Assembly (NCBI GenBank): GCA_963751455.1
Contig: CAVVUN010000015.1
Location: 896,001-960,000, forward strand
Length of the DNA stretch: 64,000 nt
Direction: 5' to 3'
Source: Nitrospirota bacterium
GTDB taxonomy: Bacteria; Nitrospirota; UBA9217
In this document: piece after piece, positions 10,266 through 19,943 of the stretch
Numbering within the stretch: the first letter of the stretch is position 1
Layout: every line of letters starts with the position of its first letter
Notes under the pieces: model-generated
What the model was told of the DNA's origin: nothing
The model's input: only the letters and a program-made list of their open reading frames with translations
Databases searched by the model: none
Translations under genes and position numbers: made by a program

Positions 10266-10429
10266 CCTGAAAAAAGCAGTTGGACACGGATAAAATCTGA
10301 TCAACACGGATTTATAGGAAGTTACGAACAGTAATGGATTCACCCAAAAGGCGAGATGGCTTTTTGCTCTATCACATTGTTTTGATCCGCTGTTACCGTG
10401 TTCATCCGTGTTCAAATGCCGTTTTTAGG
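10266..10429 (+). mobile_element. 164-bp CCT...AGG MITE, copy 1 (target duplication ATCAT)
   Basis: Imperfect 26-bp TIR; differs from the copies at 46882 and 49401 by one base; ATCAT at 10261-10265 and 10430-10434. Confidence 0.92.
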
Positions 10430-10466
10430 ATCATATTTGCCATTTGGCAAATTTTGGATTAACTTT

Positions 10467-11747
10467 ATGGGCCCATTTATTTCCTTCATACTCGGCCACT
10501 GGCTGCTTTTCGCCGTGTCCGTTATCAGCGTGCTGCTGGCCGCCTTCTTTGCGGCGTCTGAAACCGCGATCGTTTTTTCGAACAAGGCGCATATCCGTGA
10601 AATGTCCGAAACAGGCAGCGCCAGCGCGGCAACGGTTCTGCGGATTCTTCACGAGAAGGACCGCCTGCACAGCACGCTTTTGCTTGCCGAGAATTTCTTT
10701 ATCGTGCTTGCCGCCGCTCTCGGTACCGTCACCGCTGTCCACCTGTTCCCGAACGCGGTTATCGGCGTGGTCGTATCCTCGATCCTCACCACCCTGATCG
10801 TGGTGCTCGTATCGAAGCTGATTCCGAAGGGATTGGCCGCACGGAACCCGGACCAGCTTTCGCTTCTCGTCGCCTATCCCCTCTGGATCGTAATGAGGAT
10901 CGTCTCACCGGCCGCACGACTGCTTGCCACGGTTGCCGATTGTTTCGCGGGGCCGGGGCCGCAGGGCACCCTGTCATGCACTGCCGTGGTGACTGAAGAA
11001 GACATCAAGGCCATGATCAACCTCGGAGAGGAAGGCGGGTCGCTCAAGGAGGAGGAAAAGGAGCTTTTGCACAAGGTATTCGAGTTCGGCGACACGCTGG
11101 CATCGGAGGCCATGCGGCCGAGGACCGAGATTGTGAGCATTCCCTCGGTTGCCACCCTGCAGGAGGTACTCGACCTCGTTTCGGAATTCGGCTATTCACG
11201 CTATCCCGTTATAGAAGAAACGATCGATACGGTGATCGGCATTCTTTATATTAAGGACATACTGGTTGCCATGTCGGCCGGAGAGGTAAACCGCGAAGAC
11301 GGGATCCAGCGCTTCATCAGGCCGGCGTACTTTATCCCTGAGAACAAGCGGTTGAGCGAGCTTCTGTCCGAGATGCAGCGTGAACGATTCCAGATCGCAA
11401 TCGTGATCGACGAATACGGCGGAACTTCGGGACTCGTCACTCTCGAGGACCTTATCGAAGAGATCGTGGGCAGCATCCATGATGAGTTGGAAACGGCGCA
11501 GAAGGAAGTCGAAATCGTCGACGAGAAGAACTTTGTGGTTTCCGGACAATCTGCGCTCGACGAGGTGAACGAACAGATCGGCAGTAATCTCCAGTCGAAC
11601 GACTTCAACACGCTCGGAGGTTTCGTGTTCGGGCTTTTCGGCAGGATGCCGAAGATCGGCGAGCAGCTTAAGTATAAGAGCCTTAAGCTCGAGGTCCTGG
11701 AGCTCGAAGGAAGAAAGATCAACAAGGTGAAGATAACCAAGCTGTAG
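10467..11747 (+). CDS. Hemolysin-family CNNM/CBS/CorC membrane protein
   Basis: FFAASETA transmembrane domain, CBS pair (YSRYPV, IDEYGGTSGLVTLEDLIEEIVG), CorC C-terminus; the track's 10398 start lies inside the MITE. Confidence 0.9.
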   Translation: MGPFISFILGHWLLFAVSVISVLLAAFFAASETAIVFSNKAHIREMSETGSASAATVLRILHEKDRLHSTLLLAENFFIVLAAALGTVTAVHLFPNAVIGVVVSSILTTLIVVLVSKLIPKGLAARNPDQLSLLVAYPLWIVMRIVSPAARLLATVADCFAGPGPQGTLSCTAVVTEEDIKAMINLGEEGGSLKEEEKELLHKVFEFGDTLASEAMRPRTEIVSIPSVATLQEVLDLVSEFGYSRYPVIEETIDTVIGILYIKDILVAMSAGEVNREDGIQRFIRPAYFIPENKRLSELLSEMQRERFQIAIVIDEYGGTSGLVTLEDLIEEIVGSIHDELETAQKEVEIVDEKNFVVSGQSALDEVNEQIGSNLQSNDFNTLGGFVFGLFGRMPKIGEQLKYKSLKLEVLELEGRKINKVKITKL

Positions 11748-11786
11748 CAATGCGGATTGCGGAATCAAAAGCCACCCCCGCCCGCA

Positions 11787-11820
11787 CCCTCCCCTGAGGG
11801 AGAGGATGAAGGGTGAGGGC
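11787..11820 (-). repeat. CCCTCACCC..CCTCTCCC..GGGAGGG-type palindromic repeat
   Basis: Minus strand reads gccctcacccttcatcctctccctcaggggaggg; preceded by aatgcggattgcggaat 7-mers. Confidence 0.55.
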
Positions 11821-11842
11821 GGATCATGATTTGGAGGAAATC

Positions 11843-12766
11843 GTGCGAAAAAAAGTTACGGTTGTTGGAGCGGGGAATGTGGGAGCTACGCTCGTGCAGC
11901 GGATCGCGGAGACCGGCCTGGCTGATGTCGTCATGGTTGATGTCGTTGAGGGAGTGCCCCAGGGGAAGGGACTCGATCTTCTGGAAGCAGGGCCGGTGCT
12001 CGGCTACGATTCGAGGGTCACTGGTTCGAACGGGTATGACGAAACAACCGGGTCGGATATCATCGTGATTACCGCGGGGCTGGCGCGAAAGCCGGGAATG
12101 AGCCGCGACGATCTTCTTGCAGCGAACGGTGAAATCGTAACGAAGGTAGCGGCGGAAACAGGCCGCCGCTCGCCGAAGGCCGTCATGATCGTGGTCACGA
12201 ATCCGATGGACGTCATGGCCTTTGTTGCAATGAAAGCCTGCGGCTTCCCCCGGGAGCGGGTAATCGGCATGGGCGGGGTCCTGGATTCCGCCCGGTTCAG
12301 GACATTTATAGCGGCCGAGCTTGCGGTTTCCGTAGAAAACACCCATGCCTTTGTGCTTGGCGGGCATGGCGACTCCATGGTCCCGCTGCCCCGGTACTCG
12401 ACAGTTGCGGGCATCCCGATTACTGAGCTGATGAGCGGAGACCGTATCCAGAAGCTTGTTGAGCGGACCAGGAACGGCGGCGCCGAGATCGTCGCCCTGC
12501 TCAAGACAGGGAGCGCTTATTACGCGCCGTCAGCGGCCACGCTCGAGATGGTCGAGGCGATACTCCTGGACAAAAAGAAGATACTACCCTGTTCCGCGTA
12601 CCTGGAAGGGGAGTACGGAGTCCGCGGAGCGTTTGCGGGGGTTCCCGTAAAGCTCGGAGAAAAAGGCGTCGAACAGATCGTCGTAATTAAACTGACAGCC
12701 GATGAGAACGCGGCCTTCATGAATTCGGTCGACGCAGTGAGGTCGGGATGCGCGAAATTCACGTAG
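11843..12766 (+). CDS. mdh: Malate dehydrogenase (LDH-like)
   Basis: [34 protein letters not shown]; GTG start after GGAGGA. Confidence 0.96.
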   Translation: MRKKVTVVGAGNVGATLVQRIAETGLADVVMVDVVEGVPQGKGLDLLEAGPVLGYDSRVTGSNGYDETTGSDIIVITAGLARKPGMSRDDLLAANGEIVTKVAAETGRRSPKAVMIVVTNPMDVMAFVAMKACGFPRERVIGMGGVLDSARFRTFIAAELAVSVENTHAFVLGGHGDSMVPLPRYSTVAGIPITELMSGDRIQKLVERTRNGGAEIVALLKTGSAYYAPSAATLEMVEAILLDKKKILPCSAYLEGEYGVRGAFAGVPVKLGEKGVEQIVVIKLTADENAAFMNSVDAVRSGCAKFT

Positions 12767-13587
12767 AGGAAATCAGGGATAATATTGCCCAGATCTGCAT
12801 CGACGCGGCCTATAATCTGAGCGAGGACGTCCTGATGGCGTTTGACCGCGCAATGGAGACCGAAACAGCCCCGGCTGCCAGAGAGCTCATCGGTCAGTTG
12901 AAGGAGAACGCCCGTATCGCAAAAGAAGAGCACATCCCGATCTGCCAGGATACGGGTGTTGCGATTTTTTTCGTTGAAGTGGGCCAGGACCTCCGGATCA
13001 AGAACGGCTTCATCATCGATGCGGTAAACGAGGGCGTGCGAAAAGGATACAAGGAAGGCTATCTCCGGAAATCCGTTGTCGACCCGCTCACCAGGAAAAA
13101 TACCGGAGACAATACGCCAGCCATAGTCTATACCGAAATTGTGCCTGGAGACAAGCTCAGGATATCCTTCATGCCCAAAGGGGCGGGCAGCGAGAATATG
13201 AGCGTCATCCGCATGCTGCGGCCTACCGAGGGAATTGAGGGAATTACAGCGTTCGTTCTCGAATGTGTTCAAAAGGCGGGCGCCAATCCGTGCCCGCCCA
13301 TCGTGATCGGCGTAGGCATCGGCGGCGACTTCGAAAAGGCCGCGCTCATCGCAAAAAAAGCGCTCCTTCGGCCTGTGGGGAGCCCGAACGCGAAGCTGGA
13401 GCTGGCGACTCTTGAAGAGATGCTGCTCAGGACCGTGAACAGGACCGGCATCGGTCCCGAGGGTCTCGGCGGGAGAGTAACCGCCATGGCTGTGCATGTG
13501 GAAAGTTTTCCATGCCATATCGCGAGCCTGCCGGTTGCGGTGAATATCAACTGCCATGCGGCGAGGCACAAGACGATAATCCTGTAG
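12748..13587 (+). CDS. Class I fumarate hydratase / tartrate dehydratase, alpha subunit
   Basis: [40 protein letters not shown]. Confidence 0.93.
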   Translation: MREIHVEEIRDNIAQICIDAAYNLSEDVLMAFDRAMETETAPAARELIGQLKENARIAKEEHIPICQDTGVAIFFVEVGQDLRIKNGFIIDAVNEGVRKGYKEGYLRKSVVDPLTRKNTGDNTPAIVYTEIVPGDKLRISFMPKGAGSENMSVIRMLRPTEGIEGITAFVLECVQKAGANPCPPIVIGVGIGGDFEKAALIAKKALLRPVGSPNAKLELATLEEMLLRTVNRTGIGPEGLGGRVTAMAVHVESFPCHIASLPVAVNINCHAARHKTIIL

Positions 13588-13677
13588 AGCAGGGAAGCAT
13601 GGCGCAGAGAGCAAGGAGCAGAAACCCTGGGCCGGGGCGTCTGCCCTACTCCATGCACCATGCGCTATGCTCTTTGC
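13587..13677. repeat. 7-nt-periodic inverted repeat
   Basis: gcatggc-gcagaga-gcaagga-gcag ... ctccatg-caccatg-cgctatg-ctctttgc. Confidence 0.65.
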
Positions 13678-13689
13678 GGATAGGTGAAC

Positions 13690-14271
13690 ATGACCGACAC
13701 TATTGCAATAACCCCTCCTTTAACGGACGATGTAATCATCAAACTCAAAGCAGGCGACCGCGTGCTGATCACAGGAATAATCTTCACCGGCAGGGACATG
13801 GCGCACAAGTACATGGTCGAGGGGCACAAAAAGGGCGAACCCCTGCCCTTTGATCTTAAAGGCCAGATACTGTACTATACCGGCCCGACGCCGGCACCGC
13901 CGGGCCAGGTAATCGGGTCGGCCGGCCCCACAACGAGCTACCGCATGGACAAATATACGCCGGACTTGCTCGCATTGGGACTCAAGGGAATGATCGGCAA
14001 GGGCCCGCGCAGCGAAGAGGTAAAGGAAGCGATCAGGAAACATAAAGCGATTTATTTCGCCGCGATCGGCGGCGCCGGCGCTCTTATCTCGAAGACCATA
14101 ATCAGGGCAGAGGTGATCGCGTATCCGGAGCTCGGGACCGAGGCGGTCATGCGTCTCGAGGTTAAAAACTTCCCGGTTGTCGTGGCGAACGATATTCAAG
14201 GGGCAGACCTGTATCGCATCGGGGTCGAGCAGTACAAGGAGATCGGGGCGGCTGAGGACGAAGCGTGCTGA
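13690..14271 (+). CDS. Class I fumarate hydratase, beta subunit
   Basis: TGRDMAH, GPTTSYRMD, MIGKG, ELGTEAV. Confidence 0.93.
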   Translation: MTDTIAITPPLTDDVIIKLKAGDRVLITGIIFTGRDMAHKYMVEGHKKGEPLPFDLKGQILYYTGPTPAPPGQVIGSAGPTTSYRMDKYTPDLLALGLKGMIGKGPRSEEVKEAIRKHKAIYFAAIGGAGALISKTIIRAEVIAYPELGTEAVMRLEVKNFPVVVANDIQGADLYRIGVEQYKEIGAAEDEAC

Positions 14272-14290
14272 TAAAGCGTATTCGAATCTC

Positions 14291-14376
14291 TATCCGCAGA
14301 TTACACAGATGTCGCAGATTTGAAAAGACTAAATGAAATCTGGTTTAATCAGTGAAATCTGCGTAATCTGCGGATA
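14291..14376. repeat. 9-nt-periodic inverted repeat element
   Basis: tatccgcagattacacagatgtcgcagatt ... aatcagtgaaatctgcgtaatctgcggata. Confidence 0.8.
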
Positions 14377-14447
14377 AATCCATACATCGTCAGTTTTGGT
14401 TTATACAGGGCTGCTGAAAAAGAATTTATCACCGTAAGGAGATAAGA

Positions 14448-14981
14448 ATGCCGATCAAATCGAAGATTCGAACCATTCCGGATTATCCGAAAAAAGGGAT
14501 CATGTTCCGGGACATAACCACGCTGATCAAGGACCCCGTGGGCTTCCGCCTCCTCGTGGACAGTTTTACGCAGCGGTACATCCATTCGAGTTATGAATTC
14601 GACACTATCGTGGGCATCGAATCACGGGGCTTCATCGTCGGCGCCGCGATGTCGTACACGCTCGGCAAGGGCTTTATTCCGATCCGGAAAAAAGGCAAAC
14701 TCCCGGCCGAAGTGGAATTCCAGGAGTACGAGCTCGAATACGGAACAGACCGGATCGAGATCCACAGGGATGCGCTGAGGAAAGGCGAGCGCGTGCTCCT
14801 CGTGGACGATTTGCTCGCAACGGGCGGCACGGCGCTTGCCGCAGCGAACCTTATCGAAAAAATAGGGGGCAGGATCGTGGAGATGGCCTTTGTGGTGGAT
14901 CTGCCGGAAGTGGGCGGCAGGAAGAAGCTCGAGAATAAAGGCTATAAGGTATTCGCATTGACCGAATTCGAAGGCGAGTAG
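14448..14981 (+). CDS. apt: Adenine phosphoribosyltransferase
   Basis: PDYPKKGIMFRDIT, ESRGF, LEYG, VDDLLATGGT. Confidence 0.97.
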   Translation: MPIKSKIRTIPDYPKKGIMFRDITTLIKDPVGFRLLVDSFTQRYIHSSYEFDTIVGIESRGFIVGAAMSYTLGKGFIPIRKKGKLPAEVEFQEYELEYGTDRIEIHRDALRKGERVLLVDDLLATGGTALAAANLIEKIGGRIVEMAFVVDLPEVGGRKKLENKGYKVFALTEFEGE

Positions 14982-15008
14982 ATCTCAGGCTGCCGGGCCG
15001 AAATTGAA

Positions 15009-15989
15009 TTACTGACTTTTAAACTGATCCAGTTCGTCATACGCTTTCCTGGTACAGTCCGGGCAAAGCCCGTGACTGAATTCGGCCTCCGAATGTTCGG
15101 TGATAAAAGATTCTATCTGTTTCCAGCGGCCCTTGTCGTCCCGTATCTTTTTACAGGATGCACAAATCGGCAGCAAGCCGCTCAACTGATTGACCTCGGC
15201 AAAGGCGTCGTGAAGCTGCATGATAAGATGTTCCCGTTGCAGCGAGATGCGATGAACCGTGTGGAATAAAAAATACAGGACTACGAAGTACGCCGCAAGG
15301 CGCTCCAAATGCCAGAACCACCAGCCGGCATTCCATGCCGCAGAGAAAGGAAAACCCATTTCGGCAACGCCGAACAGCAAATAGAGACACGAAAAAAGGT
15401 ACGATTCGACTTTATGCGAACGGGAGAAATCCAGGACAAAATAAAACGCGGCAACCAGGAATAGAATTCCGGCTGCCAGGTTGATGAAAGCGGCAGCGGA
15501 ACTAAATACGTTATTTTGCGCCATTGCCGGAAGGAATTCCTGATACCGCTCTATACAAACACCTGCCGTTACTAAACCCGCTGAAAATAACCAAGGCATT
15601 CGCCGCTTGATTTTTGCGTAACTCACAAATTTCGGAAGCCAGATCAGGGCGGAACCGAAACCTCCAACGAGACTTGCCATACTGTGAAAGAAGATAAAAG
15701 CATTGCCGGTACTGGAAAGCGCGTGAAACCCGTCAAGAATGCCCATGCCGAGAAAGCCTATTGCAAGAGGCGAATACTTCTCGATGTCCTGTTCCGATTT
15801 GCCCTGCAGCAGAAATATCGACATTACGATCGCGGCCATGGCTCCCAGCGCTTCCATGGTCGAATGGAGAGGCTCATGAACGAAAGCGTTGTTACCCCAC
15901 AGCATGCTCAGTGATATGTTGACGGTTAATGCGACGGCTGAGATTGCCGGCAGGAGAAGGAACACGGTTAGACGGTTTGGTGTTGTCAT
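15009..15989 (-). CDS. Multi-TM sensor (MASE-like) with C-terminal Cys-rich LPICASCKKIRD domain
   Basis: About 8 hydrophobic segments; C-terminus LPICASCKKIRDDKGRW..FSHGLCPDC. Confidence 0.8.
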   Translation of the reverse strand: MTTPNRLTVFLLLPAISAVALTVNISLSMLWGNNAFVHEPLHSTMEALGAMAAIVMSIFLLQGKSEQDIEKYSPLAIGFLGMGILDGFHALSSTGNAFIFFHSMASLVGGFGSALIWLPKFVSYAKIKRRMPWLFSAGLVTAGVCIERYQEFLPAMAQNNVFSSAAAFINLAAGILFLVAAFYFVLDFSRSHKVESYLFSCLYLLFGVAEMGFPFSAAWNAGWWFWHLERLAAYFVVLYFLFHTVHRISLQREHLIMQLHDAFAEVNQLSGLLPICASCKKIRDDKGRWKQIESFITEHSEAEFSHGLCPDCTRKAYDELDQFKSQ

Positions 15990-16312
15990 AATTATCGTCG
16001 AATTACCGGTCGATTCAGATCCTTTGCAGAAAAACAACCGGCTTCTTGGAGCTTCAGAATCTCAGGGGCATGATATTTTCGTAAAAGTATAGCTGAATTG
16101 AAAGAAGACACAAGCAAAAAAGAAGGGTATTTTAGGCGTATTGCTTTTTCAAAAGCATTTAAGAACAGGGACTTCCGTGATGCCGCGGAGTTTTTTTTAC
16201 ATTTTTGACGGAGGGTCGCTCCTTCCGTGAGGAGCAGCGGGTTGAGAATCGCGGCAGTGCGAAAACGTTTTCAGGCAGGGCCGGTCGGTCCGCAGTTTTC
16301 GGAAATCAGGTG

Positions 16313-18271
16313 CTAAAATTTTTCCACGAGCGCGTATAGCGCGGGATAAACATGCTTGGATGATGCGGCATCTTCCTTCAGCAGCCGCAGGGCCTCGGGA
16401 ATGTGCTTCAGAAAATATTTCTTGTTCTTTACCATGGCCAGAAAACCATACGCCCCGAGCGCCTGCATATGACGCTGGAGGCGGCAGGGAACAAGACTTT
16501 CGGTGAACAGTGCTTCGTTAAACCCGGCTGAATTGTGCTTCATCTCGGCGGTGTAATATGTCAGAAGACGTTCGCGGACTCCGTCGTCAAGACGATGATA
16601 GGGGTCCCAGAGGATCGAGGCGATATCATACGCCGCGGGCGCCATGCGCGCGCCCTGAAAATCGATCAATCGCGGCATGCCTCCCGTAGTAATCATGATG
16701 TTCTGGCACTGAAAGTCGCGGTGGATAACGCCTCTGGGAAAACCATCGACTGTCAGCGCGAGGCGGTGGAACTCGTCCTCCAGGGCCTGCGGGTCCCTGA
16801 TCCCGGCATTCTTCAAGCCGAGGGCAAAGCGTTCGAGAAAGTAGCCGGTTTCCCACCGCAGGTGATCATAATCGAAAATACGCGCCTCGAGAAGCGGATA
16901 TTCGTGCACATGGCGGCTGACGCGCGAATGGAGTTTGACGAGGATGTCGAGCACGCTCCGGTATATGTCCTCGATGTACCCGTTGTCATGAGGGAGTTTC
17001 ATGTAGGAATAGAGGCTGGTATCCCCGAGGTCCTCGAAGAGAGCGATCTTTCTCCGGTCATCCGCGGCTATGAGATCGGGCACCGGCACCGCGTGATTCG
17101 CAAAGAAGCGGCTATAGAGGAGGTGGCGCTCATAATCCGGATCGTCCTGCCTGCATTCCATCAGCACGGCGGTCTTGCTTTCGTTTCTGACACGGAAGTA
17201 GCGGCGGTCCGAGCCGCCCAGGCCGATAAGGATCGCTTCGCTCCAGACGGGCTGCTCTGCGAGCGCAGAGCCAAGGCCGAAATGAAGTGAAAACAGGGGA
17301 TCGGTCAACTCGACCCGTTTTTTTTCTGTCGCATTGAGGGAAGGCTGCATGTCCCCTTCAGAAAGAGTGATGACATAATCGGGACCGATGATCCGGTTTT
17401 CGTGGACGCTCTCGACCATGGCGTTCGGCATCACGATGCAGTTCCTGAGCTTCGAGCCGGTCTTGACATGACTTCCGGTCTCTATCACCACGTATCCGTC
17501 GATTTCAATGCTGCCGCATTCCGAGGAAGGTCCCCGGTAAACGGTTTCGCCGTCCTTCTGCAAAGCATCCAGAACCCCCCGCGTATAGGTAATCGGGTTC
17601 CCGATATCGTTCCATGAGCTTCCGGTGAAGTCCATGGCGCGTACCTTGAAGCCCGCTTGAGATGCGGCTATCCATGCAACGGTAGCATGGGACACGCCCC
17701 GCGGCAGAAAGTTGAGTATCTCCGGCGAATAGACCGCAATGCCCGTATAGGCGACTTTATCCGCGATCTTGCCGGGATCGGGTTTTGACTCGCCCGGATT
17801 TTCCACATCCAGCAGCTGCCCGTATTTGTCGATGACCACATTGCTGAGATGCGGCAGACGATGACAGACGAGGGTCGCGGTATTTCCGGATGAAAGGTGC
17901 TCCTGAATGAGACGTGAGAAGTCTATGTCGAGGAGAATATCGGAATTGTGCACGATAAAGGAGCCGCGCCGCAGAAACTGTTCCGCGTTTTTGAGCGCCC
18001 CGCCGGTCCCGAGGATCGGGTCTTCCGGAAAGAAGCTGATCCTGTCTGCCCACTGCGACCGCTCAGCCCAGGCTCGGATCATGCCGGGCTTGTAATGCAG
18101 GTTTATGCCGATATCGCCGTCCGACACAGCGGTCAGCTTTTCAAGAATGCCCTCGATGATCGGTTTGCCGAGGACCGGGAGCAGGGGCTTGGGCATGTGG
18201 TTCGTGATTGGCCGAAGGCGCTCACCCAGACCTGCGGCAGGAAGGAAGATGTTAATCGGGAATTTTGACAT
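16313..18271 (-). CDS. Fused MurU-like nucleotidyltransferase and AmgK-like sugar kinase
   Basis: N-terminal AAGLGERLRPIT..PKPL; C-terminal GSDRRYFR, HRDFQCQNIM, IDFQGAR, LQRHMQALGAYGFL. Confidence 0.88.
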   Translation of the reverse strand: MSKFPINIFLPAAGLGERLRPITNHMPKPLLPVLGKPIIEGILEKLTAVSDGDIGINLHYKPGMIRAWAERSQWADRISFFPEDPILGTGGALKNAEQFLRRGSFIVHNSDILLDIDFSRLIQEHLSSGNTATLVCHRLPHLSNVVIDKYGQLLDVENPGESKPDPGKIADKVAYTGIAVYSPEILNFLPRGVSHATVAWIAASQAGFKVRAMDFTGSSWNDIGNPITYTRGVLDALQKDGETVYRGPSSECGSIEIDGYVVIETGSHVKTGSKLRNCIVMPNAMVESVHENRIIGPDYVITLSEGDMQPSLNATEKKRVELTDPLFSLHFGLGSALAEQPVWSEAILIGLGGSDRRYFRVRNESKTAVLMECRQDDPDYERHLLYSRFFANHAVPVPDLIAADDRRKIALFEDLGDTSLYSYMKLPHDNGYIEDIYRSVLDILVKLHSRVSRHVHEYPLLEARIFDYDHLRWETGYFLERFALGLKNAGIRDPQALEDEFHRLALTVDGFPRGVIHRDFQCQNIMITTGGMPRLIDFQGARMAPAAYDIASILWDPYHRLDDGVRERLLTYYTAEMKHNSAGFNEALFTESLVPCRLQRHMQALGAYGFLAMVKNKKYFLKHIPEALRLLKEDAASSKHVYPALYALVEKF

Positions 18272-18330
18272 AGTTTTTTTGTTGAGGAAAAAGAAGAAAC
18301 AAACTTTTTAACTACTCAGGTCCACTGATA

Positions 18331-18410
18331 TCCGCAGATTTCGCCGATTGCACAGATTAAATCAAACCTGAATTATTTTTTATATCTGCGTCATCCGCGG
18401 AATCTGCGGA
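18331..18410. repeat. 9-nt-periodic inverted repeat element
   Basis: tccgcagatttcgccgattgcacagatt ... atctgcgtcatccgcggaatctgcgga. Confidence 0.8.
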
Positions 18411-18466
18411 CAGGGTTTTTCGCGGTTAATAAGAAAATCTTTGACTTCATCGGCATTGAAAACCGT

Positions 18467-19654
18467 TTATTTATATATTAAATACCGTTTCCTTATCTTT
18501 TCAAATACCCGTGTTTCCGCCTTCCACCACTTCTCCATCTCATCCAGGTCCTTCCATGTCTCGATGTCCTTGCGGAGCCGGTCGGTTCCGGCCAGGATAT
18601 CGATCGGCAGTTTCACCTCCTCGTACTCGTAAGGAGGCTGCTTCCAGGCGAAGTCCCGGGGGTACGTATTGTGGATTGCTTTCAGGATCGCGACCGCAGT
18701 CTTGAACGGCCTGAACTTCTCCCGGTCCGTTACGTGTATCTGCGCACCCCCGCAGAGAGCGCCGGCGTGTTTTTGGAACGTGGGCTGGAAGGAGAGAGGC
18801 CTGAATACCACGCCCGGAAGCCTGAACTCGTCGAGCAGTTTGACCAGGGTCCCGGGATGGATAAAGGGCGCGCCGAAGAGCTCGAAGGGACGGGTCGTGC
18901 CCCTGCCCTCTGAAATGTTCGTGGCTTCCAGCAGGCACATGCCGGGATAGACAAAAGCGGTATCGACTGTAGGCATGTTCGGTGAGGGCATTACCCAGGG
19001 AAGGCCGGTCTGTTCGAACGACATCTTTCGTTTCCAGCCCTGCATCGCGACAACACGATAATCGAGGCCGGGATAGAACTCCGCGCAGAGATAGAGACCG
19101 ATTTCTCCGATTGTCATACCGTGCCGGACCGGGAGCGGCCGCAAGCCGACGAACGAAGCAAACGCGGGATCGAGCACCGGGCCTTCGGTTACCATACCGT
19201 TGAGCGGATTAGGCCGATCGAGTACGACTACCTTTTTGCCTGCCTCGTGACAGGCCTGCATGCAAAGGTCCAGCGTCCAGACAAAGGTATAGTACCGGCT
19301 GCCCACATCCTGCAGGTCGATCACGAGTACGTCGACGTCATCAAGCATGCCGGGCCCGGGCTTTCGCGTCTTTCCGTACAGGCTGTAAACCGGGAGTCCT
19401 GTGACAGGGTCGCGAAAGCCTTCCCATTCGATCATGTTGTCCTGGGTCTGCCCGAGGATGCCGTGCTGGGGGCCGAAAAGGACGCTGACTTTATAGTTTC
19501 TCGATTTCAAGCCGATTTCGACGGCATGCCGGAGCCGCATGTCAACGGACGCGGGATGCACCACGAAGCCGGCGCGCGCCCCTTTTAATTCCCTGGGCCA
19601 GAGCTTTTCGGCCAGATCCAAGCCCGTCCGGATGGTTTTTTTATTCAGGGGCAT
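18467..19654 (-). CDS. DUF1343 / exo-beta-N-acetylmuramidase NamZ family
   Basis: FGPQHG, VYSLYG, DLQDVGSRYYT, LDRPNP, RHGMTIGE, PSPNMP, EGRGTTRPFE. Confidence 0.9.
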   Translation of the reverse strand: MPLNKKTIRTGLDLAEKLWPRELKGARAGFVVHPASVDMRLRHAVEIGLKSRNYKVSVLFGPQHGILGQTQDNMIEWEGFRDPVTGLPVYSLYGKTRKPGPGMLDDVDVLVIDLQDVGSRYYTFVWTLDLCMQACHEAGKKVVVLDRPNPLNGMVTEGPVLDPAFASFVGLRPLPVRHGMTIGEIGLYLCAEFYPGLDYRVVAMQGWKRKMSFEQTGLPWVMPSPNMPTVDTAFVYPGMCLLEATNISEGRGTTRPFELFGAPFIHPGTLVKLLDEFRLPGVVFRPLSFQPTFQKHAGALCGGAQIHVTDREKFRPFKTAVAILKAIHNTYPRDFAWKQPPYEYEEVKLPIDILAGTDRLRKDIETWKDLDEMEKWWKAETRVFEKIRKRYLIYK

Positions 19655-19717
19655 GCCAAATTATATGGTCTGTGATCGTGAATAGCAACAGGAAAGTTTT
19701 CCCTGCGGCCAAAGGTA

Positions 19718-19746
19718 TTGATAAACGATTAAGTATGAACTATAAT
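19718..19746 (+). promoter_or_regulatory. sigma70-type promoter, probably giving a leaderless transcript
   Basis: TTGATA-17 nt-TATAAT ending 6 nt before ATG 19753. Confidence 0.55.
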
Positions 19747-19752
19747 AAATTT

Positions 19753-19932
19753 ATGATTTATAAAGTGGTCGAAACGAGCATGGTTACCGACGATGATATC
19801 GAGAAGATATTGAATTTATGGACCGGTCAGGGGTATTCTTTCGAGAGCATTCATTTCGTAACTGCCGAATCTTCCCGGAGACCGCAAATGGCTTTTCTGT
19901 TCTTTATTCAGAATGAGCCGCAGCGGACCTGA
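19753..19932 (+). CDS. Small DUF4177-like protein
   Basis: YKVVET..IEKILN.W...GYSF pattern, 59 aa. Confidence 0.75.
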   Translation: MIYKVVETSMVTDDDIEKILNLWTGQGYSFESIHFVTAESSRRPQMAFLFFIQNEPQRT

Positions 19933-19943
19933 AAAGAGTATCA

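Noticed and set aside
10398-10466. Track N-terminal extensions of the CorC-like gene (also gspG at 27514, gspM at 32560, acnA at 60461, prpB at 56560)
   Set aside because: These starts fall inside repeats or promoter DNA; downstream starts fit the RBS or family N-termini better.
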